The translations under genes and the position numbers were made by a program. Shown piece after piece: positions 10,851 through 22,574 of a stretch of 64,000 nucleotides of DNA (positions within the stretch are counted from its first letter, which is position 1; every line of letters starts with the position of its first letter). Origin of the DNA: Corallochytrium limacisporum Hawaii (Eukaryota > Protista > Pluriformea). Location: positions 1-64,000 of the forward strand of contig PDIP01000052.1 in assembly GCA_002811645.1 (NCBI GenBank), in the 5' to 3' direction. A model generated the notes under the pieces. The model saw only the letters and a list, made by a program, of their open reading frames with translations. It was not told the origin of the DNA and did no database searches.

Positions 10851-12392
10851 TTATGCAGTCTGAAGATTAGTTTTCTCCGTGCCACAGAACCTAGCTGTTC
10901 GTGCTGTGCGTTCCTTGGTAAAGAGGTCTTCTTTTCGCATTTGGATGCCAATAATGTCGTCTACGCCGTACCGGGGCACGAGAGTAAAGGAGGCAATAGC
11001 ACCCACCAAAGCAGCGCCGAAGGATATGAAGAACACAACACGAACGCCAAGGACATGAAAGGCGTATGTGGAGAGAGCAGCGCCGATCTTACCAGAGGCG
11101 GCAGAGAAACCATCCAGTTTTGCTTTACGTGCGGAAGGGAAGTACTCTCCGGGGATGACGTAAGTCATGGTACCAGGGCCAAAGAAACTCACCATATTCG
11201 TCAGTCCGTATAGTACTGCCATGGCGTAATTACCAGAATGGTGGTTGACAAGAGGGTCGTAGGCACCAGCGAGGACAGCGTACAATACAGTAAGAGCAAT
11301 AAAAGATCCACCCATGATATTCACACGGCCCCAACGGTCAAGAGTGAGGGCAGCGGCGAATCCAGAAGGGACGCCCAAAGCGTTGAAAGCAAAATTCCAC
11401 TGAGTCTTGCCGGATTTGGATGTAATGCCGAAAGAGGAGGCAACCTGTGAGTTGGCTAAACCGTTTCCATATGTCACCATGTCGAAAAGGAACCAAGTCA
11501 GCGCAGTGCCAGCGACATCCTTTCCGTACACAGAGACGAGGGTCTGCATCTCAATACGGAACTTCGCGAACCAAGTAAGCTGAGTGCCGTCAGAAGTGAT
11601 TTTCTTTGCGGATTCCTCGATCAATGCAATCTTCTTCGCTTCACGCTTTTCTCGGGCATGGGCATGCGTAAAGGACTTGGATTCTTCCATTTGGTAGCGC
11701 AGTATCAGCGAAGTACCGACGGGGAGGAGTGCAGCTCCAATTGTAACCCGCCAGATGACTTGAGAGCTGAGGCCTGCAGCGTCAAGAATCACCGGCAAAG
11801 CGGCCGCAACAGTAAACCCGAGAGGTTGGGTAGCAAAGACGAGGGCCAGAAGCTTACCACGCTTCTTAGCAGGACATGACTCGGCAGCGACAGACGCGGA
11901 CAACGGATACTCACCTCCAACTCCAAATCCAGTGATGACACGAAAGATTCCAATCATTGCCCAGACTGGCATGGTAGATGTAGTCTGAGACAAGCAAGAG
12001 CCGGTTTCCCCTATTAGAATCATAAGTCCAGTGAGCAGGTACAGAGAACGACGACCTATTTTGTCAGCCATGTATCCGAAAAACAATTGCCCAGCAACTG
12101 CACCCCAGAGTGACAGGGAGTCTAATATGCCCGTCTCGCGATCTGTCAGTGTGTAGACATCCTCGAGGTAGGGAGTGGCAGCGCTAATCGAGAAAAGGGT
12201 GAAAGAATCACCGAAGAACCCAAGCATGGCCGCAAAAAGGGCCTTGTATCGAATGTCTCCTTCAAATTCGGAGGCATTGGTGTCGGTGTCGTATGTGTCT
12301 TTTGTCTTCTTCTCCCAGTCGCTGGAAGGCATGTCGGTTGACATGGTATTACTGCTGGAAACTATTCCAGTTTGGTCTGTCACCTTAAACAT
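10851..12392 (-). CDS. MFS phosphate:H+ symporter-like transporter (PHO84/PHT1-like), copy 1
   Basis: 513 aa, 12-TM pattern, motifs GFFGDSF, GQLFFGYMADKIGRR, GFGVGGEYPLSA, WFLFD, FFGPG...IPGEYFP, GFSAASGKIGA. Confidence 0.9.
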   Translation of the reverse strand: MFKVTDQTGIVSSSNTMSTDMPSSDWEKKTKDTYDTDTNASEFEGDIRYKALFAAMLGFFGDSFTLFSISAATPYLEDVYTLTDRETGILDSLSLWGAVAGQLFFGYMADKIGRRSLYLLTGLMILIGETGSCLSQTTSTMPVWAMIGIFRVITGFGVGGEYPLSASVAAESCPAKKRGKLLALVFATQPLGFTVAAALPVILDAAGLSSQVIWRVTIGAALLPVGTSLILRYQMEESKSFTHAHAREKREAKKIALIEESAKKITSDGTQLTWFAKFRIEMQTLVSVYGKDVAGTALTWFLFDMVTYGNGLANSQVASSFGITSKSGKTQWNFAFNALGVPSGFAAALTLDRWGRVNIMGGSFIALTVLYAVLAGAYDPLVNHHSGNYAMAVLYGLTNMVSFFGPGTMTYVIPGEYFPSARKAKLDGFSAASGKIGAALSTYAFHVLGVRVVFFISFGAALVGAIASFTLVPRYGVDDIIGIQMRKEDLFTKERTARTARFCGTEKTNLQTA

Positions 12393-12525
12393 GATTAACC
12401 GATGTGTGATTGATATACTATAACTTTTCTTTAACAGTTGTTGGTGAATGTCATGTATAATCGGTAGTTAGGAAATCCTTCCCATGTTCTTGTGCCTATT
12501 CTAGAATGGCGAAGTGACCACGTCC

Positions 12526-12534
12526 CTTATATAG
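12526..12534 (-). promoter_or_regulatory. TATA-like box of transporter copy 1
   Basis: CTATATAAG on the minus strand ~135 nt upstream of the ATG; positionally conserved with CTATTTAAG in copy 2. Confidence 0.5.
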
Positions 12535-12967
12535 CTTCCTTGATCCCCAAAGTCCCTTCTTCAAACATGGTGCGTACTTTGTCTGCAATTGCGTCCAGGG
12601 TGCTAGGCCTTTGGTGCTTTCAAGTTGTGTTCGGAGGCGTGTAACAATTTGCATCTGATAACTCAACCTGTCAGCCTCGTGTTGGTGCGCCAACAAGAGC
12701 TTATCCAAAGAGAGATTGGGGTAAGGTATGCGTATGACACGGTACACCGGAGTAACGGTGAGGGGAAAGGCGGATTCCCCCGTGCGGGTCGCGCTGCTTA
12801 CGAAGTTCTGTACAATAACTCAAGTCGAGTAGGATCAACAAGAAAGTTTCTTTGCATGTGAAGCGTCGTGCACAGAATGAGGACATATATACAGGTGAGC
12901 TACCAACGGAGTGCGTCAGTTTTGCGGGACAATTTGGTCGTGAGGGTCACACTCTGTCGCTTCCCCG

Positions 12968-13065
12968 CTCCCCTTCCCCTCCACAACAAACCACCACCCC
13001 TCCCTGCCAGAACAAACCACCCGCCTTCCCCTTCCAGAACTAACCACTCCCCTTCCCCTCCACAC
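12968..13065. repeat. ~27-bp C-rich minisatellite, ~3.6 copies
   Basis: Units resembling CCCCTTCCCCTCCAGAACAAACCAC repeated with variation. Confidence 0.75.
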
Positions 13066-13284
13066 GAAGAGAAACCGTCGAGGATCGAAATCCAAAGCGA
13101 GAGTGGGACATAGTGGGAAATGAAGCATTAATTGCCCTCGGATCGATCACATTCTCGTTTAGAAATCCCTCTTGTTCTGCAATGGCGCTGTGCACAACCT
13201 CATACATTCAATACTGCCTTTCAGCCACGGGCGGGAGATGGGGCTCTCATTCCTTGCGCTTGCCGCTCTTTCTCCGTCCTTCGA

Positions 13285-14035
13285 TGAAAGGAGTGACATT
13301 TGTTGACAATGTGAAGGAGGGGACCAAGGAAGCGCCTTGGTACTTATTTCTTGGGGAATTTTACATTGCAACATGAACTTTTATCTATGAACCCTCCCCC
13401 GGGTACCATTACTATTTAGCCGCTCGCCGCGGACCTAATTTCTTGTCCGTGGGTCAAACCATACGCTCGTGGTTCTCTTCCTTTGAGGTTCACGGGTTCC
13501 CTTGTAAACAAGGCAGCAGATGTTAATCTCCACTGCCAATTGGTTTGATCAAACCTACAGTCAGGTACTGGTGTGTGTGTTCAAGAAATTGTCGGGTACA
13601 TCCTCTCCAGGGATTTTGCGGTTCTGGAGAATACCACAATTGATTTGACTTTGGGGTCCGAACGCTCTGGAGATCATCTCTGGGACTCGCCCCAATCACA
13701 AACAATGTGCCCATTGAGAAAGTCCGTTACTTCAAGGTGTGCCCTTGTCCAGTTACTATGCAGTTTTGGAAAGCCCTAGCTTTACAAAAGATCTGGATTC
13801 GAGGTGTTTGATGATGCGGCTGATCTCCATAGACCTTGTGAATCAAAATGACGGTTGGTATGACGTATTTGTTGATGTTAGTTTCCTTTCCCTTTGGAAT
13901 CTGAATGGCTTGATCCTCATGTCCACGCACATACAGTACAAATGGACACTTCAGTTCGCAAACGGAAGTAGTCCGCCCAAACCTAATGTGCTCTCAGATC
14001 CACCATGTGTCGTCTATGTTTATTGCTTTTGCTAA
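13285..14035 (+). pseudogene. Decayed unknown gene, copy A (paralog of 19810-20656)
   Basis: Fragments CVQEIVGYILSRDFAVLENTTIDLTL, HLWDSP and LYKRSGFEVF align with copy B; contains stops and frameshifts. Confidence 0.6.
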
Positions 14036-14620
14036 TGGATATAGAACATTAAATGATGTCAACTCTGAAATCCCCTGTGCCCCAGACTGACAGTCCAAAC
14101 AAACAAACCCTAGCAGCGGCACGTGGCATTTAACACCACGGCTGTATAGTACGCACTCTTTCTTCACCCTTGTAATTTCACATGCACTACTTGCTGGGTA
14201 TTGTAAGTATACTCCGAAGGGGCGAACACTTTCTAAAGGCTCATGCTCACTTTCTAAGCACAGCATCATACACACCATCTACATCTAACGAGGCCCCACT
14301 GAGCCTTCGCTATCCCATTTACCTCATGTGTAAATACGCCACAATGCAGGCCTTGGACACCGGGCTCGGACTTGCATTCTCTCTTCCCCTATCATATGGA
14401 TTCATTGACGGGCATGGCCCCTAGACCTTTTAGAGAATTCTAAAGATGAATGCCCATTTCGCCGCAAACAGACCTTTTAACAATATGAATTACATGTATT
14501 TCCCCACTGTATAACACGCAGTGGGATGACCCTCATACTTTGGGAGGGAATTACGACCCACCACATTAATCTCTATTGTCGGTGACTGCTCCGACAAACT
14601 TCCGGGGGGGGGGGGGGGGG

Positions 14621-14850
14621 NNNNNNNNNNNNNNNNNNNNNNNNNNNNNNNNNNNNNNNNNNNNNNNNNNNNNNNNNNNNNNNNNNNNNNNNNNNNNNNN
14701 NNNNNNNNNNNNNNNNNNNNNNNNNNNNNNNNNNNNNNNNNNNNNNNNNNNNNNNNNNNNNNNNNNNNNNNNNNNNNNNNNNNNNNNNNNNNNNNNNNNN
14801 NNNNNNNNNNNNNNNNNNNNNNNNNNNNNNNNNNNNNNNNNNNNNNNNNN
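14621..14850. other. Assembly gap (N run)
   Basis: N run immediately after a long poly-G tract. Confidence 0.99.
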
Positions 14851-16982
14851 GCCTTTAGGAATGGGGGGGGGGAGGGGAAACAGAAGTCATGTATGGTGAT
14901 GTAGGCACGATGGTTGACAAATTGCAACTCCGTGTGATCTGCTGGAATACGGTGTTTACTTCAGGGTAGACGAGATCCCAGCATTCCGTCCGGATTCGTA
15001 CAGCTTAGGACTATACCTGTACCTGGCGTTTCCGTATAAAACTTCGAGGCGTACGGATGGGCATTCCAAACACACACAAGTGCAATCTATGCAAGTCCCA
15101 AGCATTTGCTGGAACCCTCTACCACGTACTATGTTTAACACATTGGGTTGAATTCAGCAGAAATCGGTCCGCAACGAGTAGTATGTTGGAAGATAGAACA
15201 GCACGGGTCAATATTATGAGGTTGAATAGATATGAGCACTCCAATTCCCTGAATTTCCGAATGTAGTAACATTTCTTGAGCACAAACTAGTGTCCGAACG
15301 GTGTTTGGCGAGCTAGATGTCCTTTTGATGTCACATTGAACGCTGTACGATCGCCCCATAGACTGCTGTGTCCGGGAACGGGTTCGTGGAAGTGAATTGC
15401 CATTGTCTGGCAAGCGGACGGAAATCAATCCGTCTACATACTATACTCATTCAATCACGCTATATAGGTCTGTAGGTTCATATTGGTAAGATGTTCGTTA
15501 CGGACACAAATGAGTGACCGGCTTGTACACCATGCAATCCTCCCTTCAAATTTAGGACTTGCCGGAAACACGGAAGTTCTCTAAACAACGGTGATGGCTA
15601 TTTTAATCCCGAGGATTAGGCCTTCCACTGGTTAATCACTTCCCAATGGCATATCTTCGATAGGGGTTGTTGTTGGTGCGGACACTATCTGTGTCGATGT
15701 GACGTAGGCAGGAAGCCAAACGACAGATCCTGAGCTCCGAACCTTCACCGGGTGTTTATTTCAAGCATCCCCAGACTTAAGCCTTCCCCCCCAACCTTGC
15801 CCAACTGCCTGCTGTCCGCAATCCAAGGCCTCAGTCACAGTTGAGGAGATGCGAGGCTGGCAAACAAATACATGGCACCCTTAGTTCCTCCCTAGCCCTC
15901 TACGGAAAAAAGTTTCTCCGTCAAGGCGCGAAGGCGGGCAATACATTTTTGCCCTCCATCACAAGGTGGCAGTCTTAGTCACAGCCCGCCGAAAGGGGCG
16001 ATTTCGCAGTAATTCCCGCAATGGTGTTCTGAGTGAAGAGTATGAAAGAGGGATTCCATTTTGTGCACAAGGATCCTGGGGAAAGGAACAACCGTACGGT
16101 GGCTATTGGATTCGGCGGGTGATGATGTGGCTACTCGGTGATATGGTGGACTGCCTGCCAGATTAGCAAGACACTCGCCTGTACTCACGCGAATATTACC
16201 CAATCTCTTAGAATTTCCCATGCGAAAATTTCTTGCGATGGGAAATGGGGACCATAACGTCCACTTTCCCAAACCGCAACTCTTAGAGCTCGGGGTGCTT
16301 GCTTTTCTCACTATCAGGCAGTTACACGGTAGTGCTACAGCATATAGAAATCAGATAGTATTCACATATCAGAACAATTCCTCACACTCAGTTGGTGTGA
16401 GGAGGATTTGTGGACATTCTTTCTGTACCATGGTACCACCCTATACCTTTTTTTTTCTCAGTCTCCGCAGTGTGACGGGTTAGAGTGTTTCAGTACCGCC
16501 AAACGCACCGCCGCACAAGAATACCTCCCACACTGCCTCTGGTCCGGTGGATGGGCGCGGAGCATTCTCCCGCCACCCACCAACCGTACCCCAGTGGGCG
16601 AAAATATTCCCTAGGTCTGTTTGCATCCCCCCTTCCATTCCACCCCGTCTACCGTGTATCATGAAGGAGTTTAAGGAAAATCCGAGGAGTCCGGCCAGTT
16701 TTTGAAAAAACTAGGTGCTCCTGATGGACACCTCTGTTTGGCCTTTATCGGTCTGAGTGATAGTGTGTGGCTATTACGCGTTGCAGGTTACGAATCACTA
16801 GGGGTAAAGAAACCGGGGGGAGGGGGGGAAATTGGAATGTGTATGTGTGTAATGGCATGTTCCCTCAAACCAGGAGAGACTGCCGATTCACTTGTACTAG
16901 AATATTATGATGGAATAGGTACACATCCTTATTCAGGATGAAGAAAGAACACGAACGAAATTTTTGTTGATTGCTTGGCTGT

Positions 16983-18512
16983 TTAGGCAGTCTGCACATT
17001 GGTGTTGGCACCGACATACTTGGCAGAGAGGGCTTCACGCTGCTTATCGTAGGCTTCCTCCTTGCGGAACTGGATGGAAGTGACTTCCTCAACGCTGTAC
17101 CGGGGAACTAGAGTGAAGGAGGCGATGGCACCGAGCAGGGCAACGACGAAGGAGATGAAGAACACAGTCTGGGCGCCGAGGACCTGGAAGGCGTACGTAG
17201 AGATAGCAGCACCAACCTTACCAGAGGCGGCGGAGAAACCGTGCAGCTTAGCCTTACGGGCAGAGGCGAAGTACTCACCGGGAATGACGTAGGTCATTGA
17301 ACCCGGACCGTAGAAGCTGAACATGTTAGTCAGACCATAGAGGACAGCCATGATGTAGTTACCAGTGTGGTGGCTGACCAGAGGGTTGTAGGCAGCTCCA
17401 AGAACAACGTACAGAACAGTCAGAACGCAGAATGAGGCACCCATGATGTTCACGCGGCCCCAACGGTCAAGAGTGAGCGCAGCGGCAAAACCGGAGGGGA
17501 CACCCATGGCGTTGAAAGCAAGATGCCATTGAGCCTTGGCAGTCTTGGAGCCAATGCCGAAAGCAGAAGCAACCTTAGAGCTGGCCAGACCGTTTCCGTA
17601 GGTAACAATATCGAAAAGGAACCAAGTCAGAGCAGTACCAGCAACGTCGCGACCGTAGACCTTGGCCAGAGTCTGCATTTCAATGCTGAACTTGGCAAAA
17701 CGGCCCAGATGGTGACCGTGAGTGGAAGTCTTGTTGGCAGATTCCTCGATCAGAGCCATGTGGTGCTCCTCCTGGATTTCGTGAGCATGGGCGCGCTTGA
17801 AGGACTTAGACTCTTCCATCAGGTATCGGAGAATCAGAGAAGTACCAACGGGGACCAGAGCGAAACCAACGGTAACACGCCAGATAATCTGAGAAGAAAC
17901 GCCAGCAGCCTCAAGGATCAGGGGAAGAGCAGCACCAATAGTGGCACCGAGGGGCTGAGTAGCGAAGACGAGAGCCATGAGCTTACCTCGCTTCCTGGCA
18001 GGGCATGACTCAGCAGCGACGGAGGCAGAGAGGGGGTACTCACCACCAACTCCAAAACCAGTGATGACACGGAAGATAGCAATCATACCCCAGATGGGCA
18101 TGGTAGAAGTGGTCTGAGACAGGCAGGCACCAATCTCACCGATCAAAATCAAGAGACCAGTGAGCAGATACAGAGAACGACGACCAACCTTATCGGCCAT
18201 GTATCCGAAGGTGAGCTGACCAGCAACTGCACCCCAGAGGGCAAGAGAATCCATGATACCAGTCTCTTTGTCGGTAAGAGTGTAGACATCCTTGATGTAG
18301 GGCATAGCAGCACCAATAGAAAACAGGGTGTAAGAATCACCAAAGAAACCAAGCATAGCAGCAAAGAGGGCCTTGTAGTGAATGTCAGTCTCAACCTCGG
18401 AGATTTCAGTTTCCGAGTCGTAGAAACCCTTCTTCTTCTCCCAGTCTCCGGAGGACATTTCTACAGCATTGTTGCTGGGAACGATATCAGTGTTGTCAGT
18501 AGACTTGCACAT
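16983..18512 (-). CDS. MFS phosphate:H+ symporter-like transporter (PHO84/PHT1-like), copy 2
   Basis: 509 aa, colinear and highly similar to copy 1 with the same motifs. Confidence 0.9.
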   Translation of the reverse strand: MCKSTDNTDIVPSNNAVEMSSGDWEKKKGFYDSETEISEVETDIHYKALFAAMLGFFGDSYTLFSIGAAMPYIKDVYTLTDKETGIMDSLALWGAVAGQLTFGYMADKVGRRSLYLLTGLLILIGEIGACLSQTTSTMPIWGMIAIFRVITGFGVGGEYPLSASVAAESCPARKRGKLMALVFATQPLGATIGAALPLILEAAGVSSQIIWRVTVGFALVPVGTSLILRYLMEESKSFKRAHAHEIQEEHHMALIEESANKTSTHGHHLGRFAKFSIEMQTLAKVYGRDVAGTALTWFLFDIVTYGNGLASSKVASAFGIGSKTAKAQWHLAFNAMGVPSGFAAALTLDRWGRVNIMGASFCVLTVLYVVLGAAYNPLVSHHTGNYIMAVLYGLTNMFSFYGPGSMTYVIPGEYFASARKAKLHGFSAASGKVGAAISTYAFQVLGAQTVFFISFVVALLGAIASFTLVPRYSVEEVTSIQFRKEEAYDKQREALSAKYVGANTNVQTA

Positions 18513-18636
18513 GATGAACTAGGTGTGGGATTAATTCTTTAACAAGTGTTGATTGATGTATTGTACAGTCAGTGGCTGTAGAATTGTTTCCATACCCAAA
18601 AATCTTGACGCTTGGTTTGCGCATCTGATCCCGTTC

Positions 18637-18645
18637 CTTAAATAG
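18637..18645 (-). promoter_or_regulatory. TATA-like box of transporter copy 2
   Basis: CTATTTAAG ~125 nt upstream of the ATG, inside a block alignable to the copy 1 upstream region. Confidence 0.5.
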
Positions 18646-19080
18646 GTTTTCTGATCTAATGATCTTGGAAATACAATATGTCACTTTCGATATTTAGCTC
18701 TTGGTTATAATTTTTAAGTTGTCCAATTTAAGAGTGTGAGGAGCCTTGTGATCCAATTTTCACATATATCCCCCCATTGTATTCCATCGGAGACACCCCG
18801 GTGAGATGGGAGTGGTGTGCGTACGATGCGGCGTACCGGTCGAGCGCGGGAGAGGGGAAAGGGGGTTCCCAAAGAGCCCCGCTCTCCCCCAGTTTATCTG
18901 CAACTTTCCGGACTGGCTGCTAAGGGTTGGGGGCCCTTTCCCTGAGATCGAGGGACGGGGAGAATGGGTAAAGGAAAATAGAGAGACTGTACTAAAAAAT
19001 ATATTCACAGGCCAGAGTTCCGAAGAGGAGGAAGAAGTGAGAGCAGACGGTGGGGAAGGGGGAGAGACGACAAAGGGGGG

Positions 19081-19123
19081 NNNNNNNNNNNNNNNNNNNN
19101 NNNNNNNNNNNNNNNNNNNNNNN
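19081..19123. other. Assembly gap (N run)
   Basis: N run after a G tract. Confidence 0.99.
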
Positions 19124-19809
19124 TATTTTACTACTTGGGGAGGGAGAGAAAAAAATGAAGAAAGGAATGGGTCCAGACGGCGGCGGATCGGGACGTGATG
19201 AGAGAGAGAGCGCGCTAGCTACAGAAACAAATGACGACCCGTGAAATGTAATACCAAGAAGTAAAATATAGAAAAAAGAGACGGACAGACGACATCGGAT
19301 CCGAAAAGGATCGAGACAAACGCAAACCGAGAAATGTTTGGCCGGGCATTGGTTGGAGTTTTCTTTTCTTTTGGTTCAGTCGCCCGGGGGGGGGGGGGGA
19401 GGGGAAAAGAAAAGGGGAGTGCGGGAGACTCTCTCACTCGACGGAGCGCGCGGGTGAGCGCTTTATCCTCGCGCGCAGAGTTGGGGATTGCGACACTAAG
19501 GCTCACTCGCACCATCCAACACAAAAAGCCTCCCCGCTCTCTGGGTCCATCCTACATTCACCGCGCTGGGTTGGTGGGAATGAGCAATATTTTTGCCCAC
19601 GGCCTGTCCAGTGAAAACTTCACCTCTTTACCGCACAGGTCTTCCTCCAAGTCTAATCCTTTCAGCTATGCCGGACTAACCGTTCCCTTAGTTTGTATCC
19701 AAACTGGTCGTGGAATGGAGACCCAGGAGAAAGAATGTTGGGTGGAGTGTAGGAGCAATCTTATGCAATTTCTTTCCTTTCCCGTTCACTATCACCATTC
19801 GAATCAAGG

Positions 19810-20656
19810 ATGAAATTCCACATGGTGCTCTCGAAGATATGGAGGACGAACCCGAGGAAGATTTCGATGTGTTTCGCCTCGGGGACTTTTGCATTGCAAC
19901 ATGAACTTTTCTATTTCAAACAGCTCACGCTCTTTTGACTAAGGTACGTGTAAAGAGGCACAAAAAGAAGTCCGTTTTGATCATGCATTACACATTTTCG
20001 TCGCCCTGTTCGATGTCATGTATGTAGTGTCCTGGCTATCCACTCATCACGACCAATGATATGTTCGGGTTTACGCGCCGTGACCTTCTGCTGTCCCCCA
20101 AATCCCTGATGCCCGCCTCCTCAGGGGATTTGAGTTTCTAGAGAACAGCTACGTTCCTTTGACGTTGGAACCGAATTGGTGCCGACACATCTGTGGGAGT
20201 CCCCCCGTACAAAACCTTTGAAAGCAGACCTGTGTGGTCAATACATCCCCATTCGATGTGCCATGGGTGCATGTCCCTGCCGGTTCCACTGTGATCCGGG
20301 GCAACGAGACTCTTTATCGAGGGCGGAAATCCGAGGTTTGCACTGAATGGGTCATGACAGAAAATCTAGGATATTGTGCCAGAAGAAGTACAGTATTCTT
20401 CGTACCGACTTCCCCCCCGGGGGGGGGGGAAGTCCGTGAAAAATTTTATGCCCCATCGGCTTATAAATGCTCCGATGGCTTCCAGTTTAACTCCATACCC
20501 AATATATCCACTTGCACGCAAAGCTGCGCTCTCACACACATATCCAACGAGCAACATATCTATGTGCTTGTCCAGAAATATATCGAGGAACACAGCTATA
20601 CTCATTGTACTGTGAAACTGACTGCTCTCTTTTCAGGAATCGTCTACTGTGAGTGA
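19810..20656 (+). pseudogene. Decayed unknown gene, copy B (paralog of 13285-14035)
   Basis: Fragments AVPQIPDARLLRGFEFLENSYVPLTL, HLWESP (after a frameshift) and LYRGRKSEVC align with copy A. Confidence 0.6.
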
Positions 20657-22414
20657 AGCTGTAAGTCCGCATGCCTCCCACCGGGCTTCCGTCATTTGAT
20701 TGAGACGGCGCACTCTCGATGGAACAGTACCAGGATAAGGGGATTTTGGTACCGGTGGTCCCCACTGTCCTTGGTTCATTTGAGGAGGAATTGACTTGTA
20801 CAATACCAACAGAGTCCATCGGGAAGTTGCGTCATACATCCCCAGCGCATAGCCAACTGCACTCACTCTCAATCGTCGCTCTGCCCACAGTCTGAGTGTA
20901 CCAAGATAGGCTACCCCAGTCTGGGTATGCATGCCATATGTGCGGGTCCTGCGCATTTGTTTATGGCCGCAAGAGTATGTTCCAATGAGCACCTTTGTAG
21001 GACGATGCTTCATTCCTAGTGCTTCAATAAATTTCCGTCCCGTTCGATGTTGACTGATGCTTCTGGCAAGCGAGGAAGAGTTTCGTCTTCACCTAACACG
21101 TATATGAATGGGCGATTGGGTTGTTGTTATCTTACTCGTCACTCCCCTAACAGCCACGTAGCCGTTCATAACACTCGTTCGTAGGAACAGGAAAGGAAAG
21201 AAATCCGCTATTACCTACTGCAATAGAAAGCGCCCCAACACGAATTCACCACACCCTTCCCCCGGCCCCATGGAACCTGATGGACGTCTCCATGTCCAAG
21301 GTACCCGGCCAAGCCGTAAACTTCCGAAAGTTTGTCATCCGAGAAAGCCACAAGACCACCGTACCAAGGACTGTCCACAACGGCTGGTTGCTGTTTGCCA
21401 AGGGGGGGTGGGGCGGGGAGATGAGGATCGGTTCGAGACCTAGCGTCAAAGAATTTTTTTCTTAAGTCATACCGGTATTGTTCAAGAGAGGCATTGCTGG
21501 GGTCGATCGTAATCCCCAAATTCCCCCCCCCCCTCCTTTCCTCTTGTCCTTGGGGATTGAAGGAGTGAGATTCTGACACAACTTCCTGAGAGACACAGTG
21601 TACTTGCCCCGCCCTCTCCCGTGAGACTGTGCTGCGCGGCGTGTCCGTGTAATCCAGTACATTGGGGGCTCTTGGTCCAATCTCTATGCCAGTCTGATGC
21701 ACCCATGGTGTGTCCGGCGATGGAGTGGGGGCTGGAATACTTAGGAGAAGCGCAAGTGAAGAAGGAAGAGGCGCAACTATGAAGAAAGGAAAACAAATCC
21801 AAAATCAGCTGAGGGCAAGTGTGGAAGCCAAATGCTCAAAGTATAACAAATTTCAATATCGGGGTGTCTAGGATGCGATGTTGACAGGTTTGGCCTACTA
21901 TGCATGATGTGTTTGTATGTTTGTAAGGCCCCCAAAATCCCCAAGGCCTTGCTACACCTGGGAATGATGTTTTGATCTGTGTATCGCCAGGTTCATGATG
22001 GCTTGTGAGTTGGCTTCTGCAAGTGCCGCGTTGTTCTTCTCCGTCCTCAAAGATTTTTTTCATATTCGGGAGGGAACTCACTCTGCCCTCTTCGTGTCAG
22101 ATAATGCAGAATTCAATACGCATCGGCAGCATGAATTTAAATCCCCAGCCGTTCGCAATATATGGGAGAAAACCGGCCGTGAGACATGGTAGCAGGACGT
22201 GCCCAGAGCAAAAGTGATGCGGCACCTTCCCCCGCCATATGTTTATTTGCGATAGTGAAGTGTTGTTACGGTAGGACATACCGGTACAATTCCTATTCAA
22301 GAAAAGTGCGTATCGAAAATTAGAATGCATGTTGTGATATCGAAAGAATCCCCCGTTGTTTGGAACTGCACACCACGGGTTTGAGGGAAACGATGGCTGC
22401 TCTCCGTCTCCGTC

Positions 22415-22574
22415 TTTCTCTCTCTCTCTCCCCCTCTCTCTCTCTCTCTCTCCCCCTCTCTCTCTCTCTCTCTTTCTCTTCTCTCTCTCTCTCTCTTCTC
22501 TCTCCCTCTCCCTCTCCCCTTTCACTTTCTCTTTCTCTTCTCTCTCCCTCTCCCCCTCCCTCCGGCTCTCCTCC
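22415..22574. repeat. (CT)n polypyrimidine microsatellite tract
   Basis: ~160 nt almost exclusively C/T. Confidence 0.95.

Noticed and set aside
13374-19904. Shared TGA after ...IAT in both dead gene copies as selenocysteine or stop-codon reassignment
   Set aside because: Intact genes here end in TAA, TAG and TGA, the true frame of this block is ambiguous, and no SECIS was seen.
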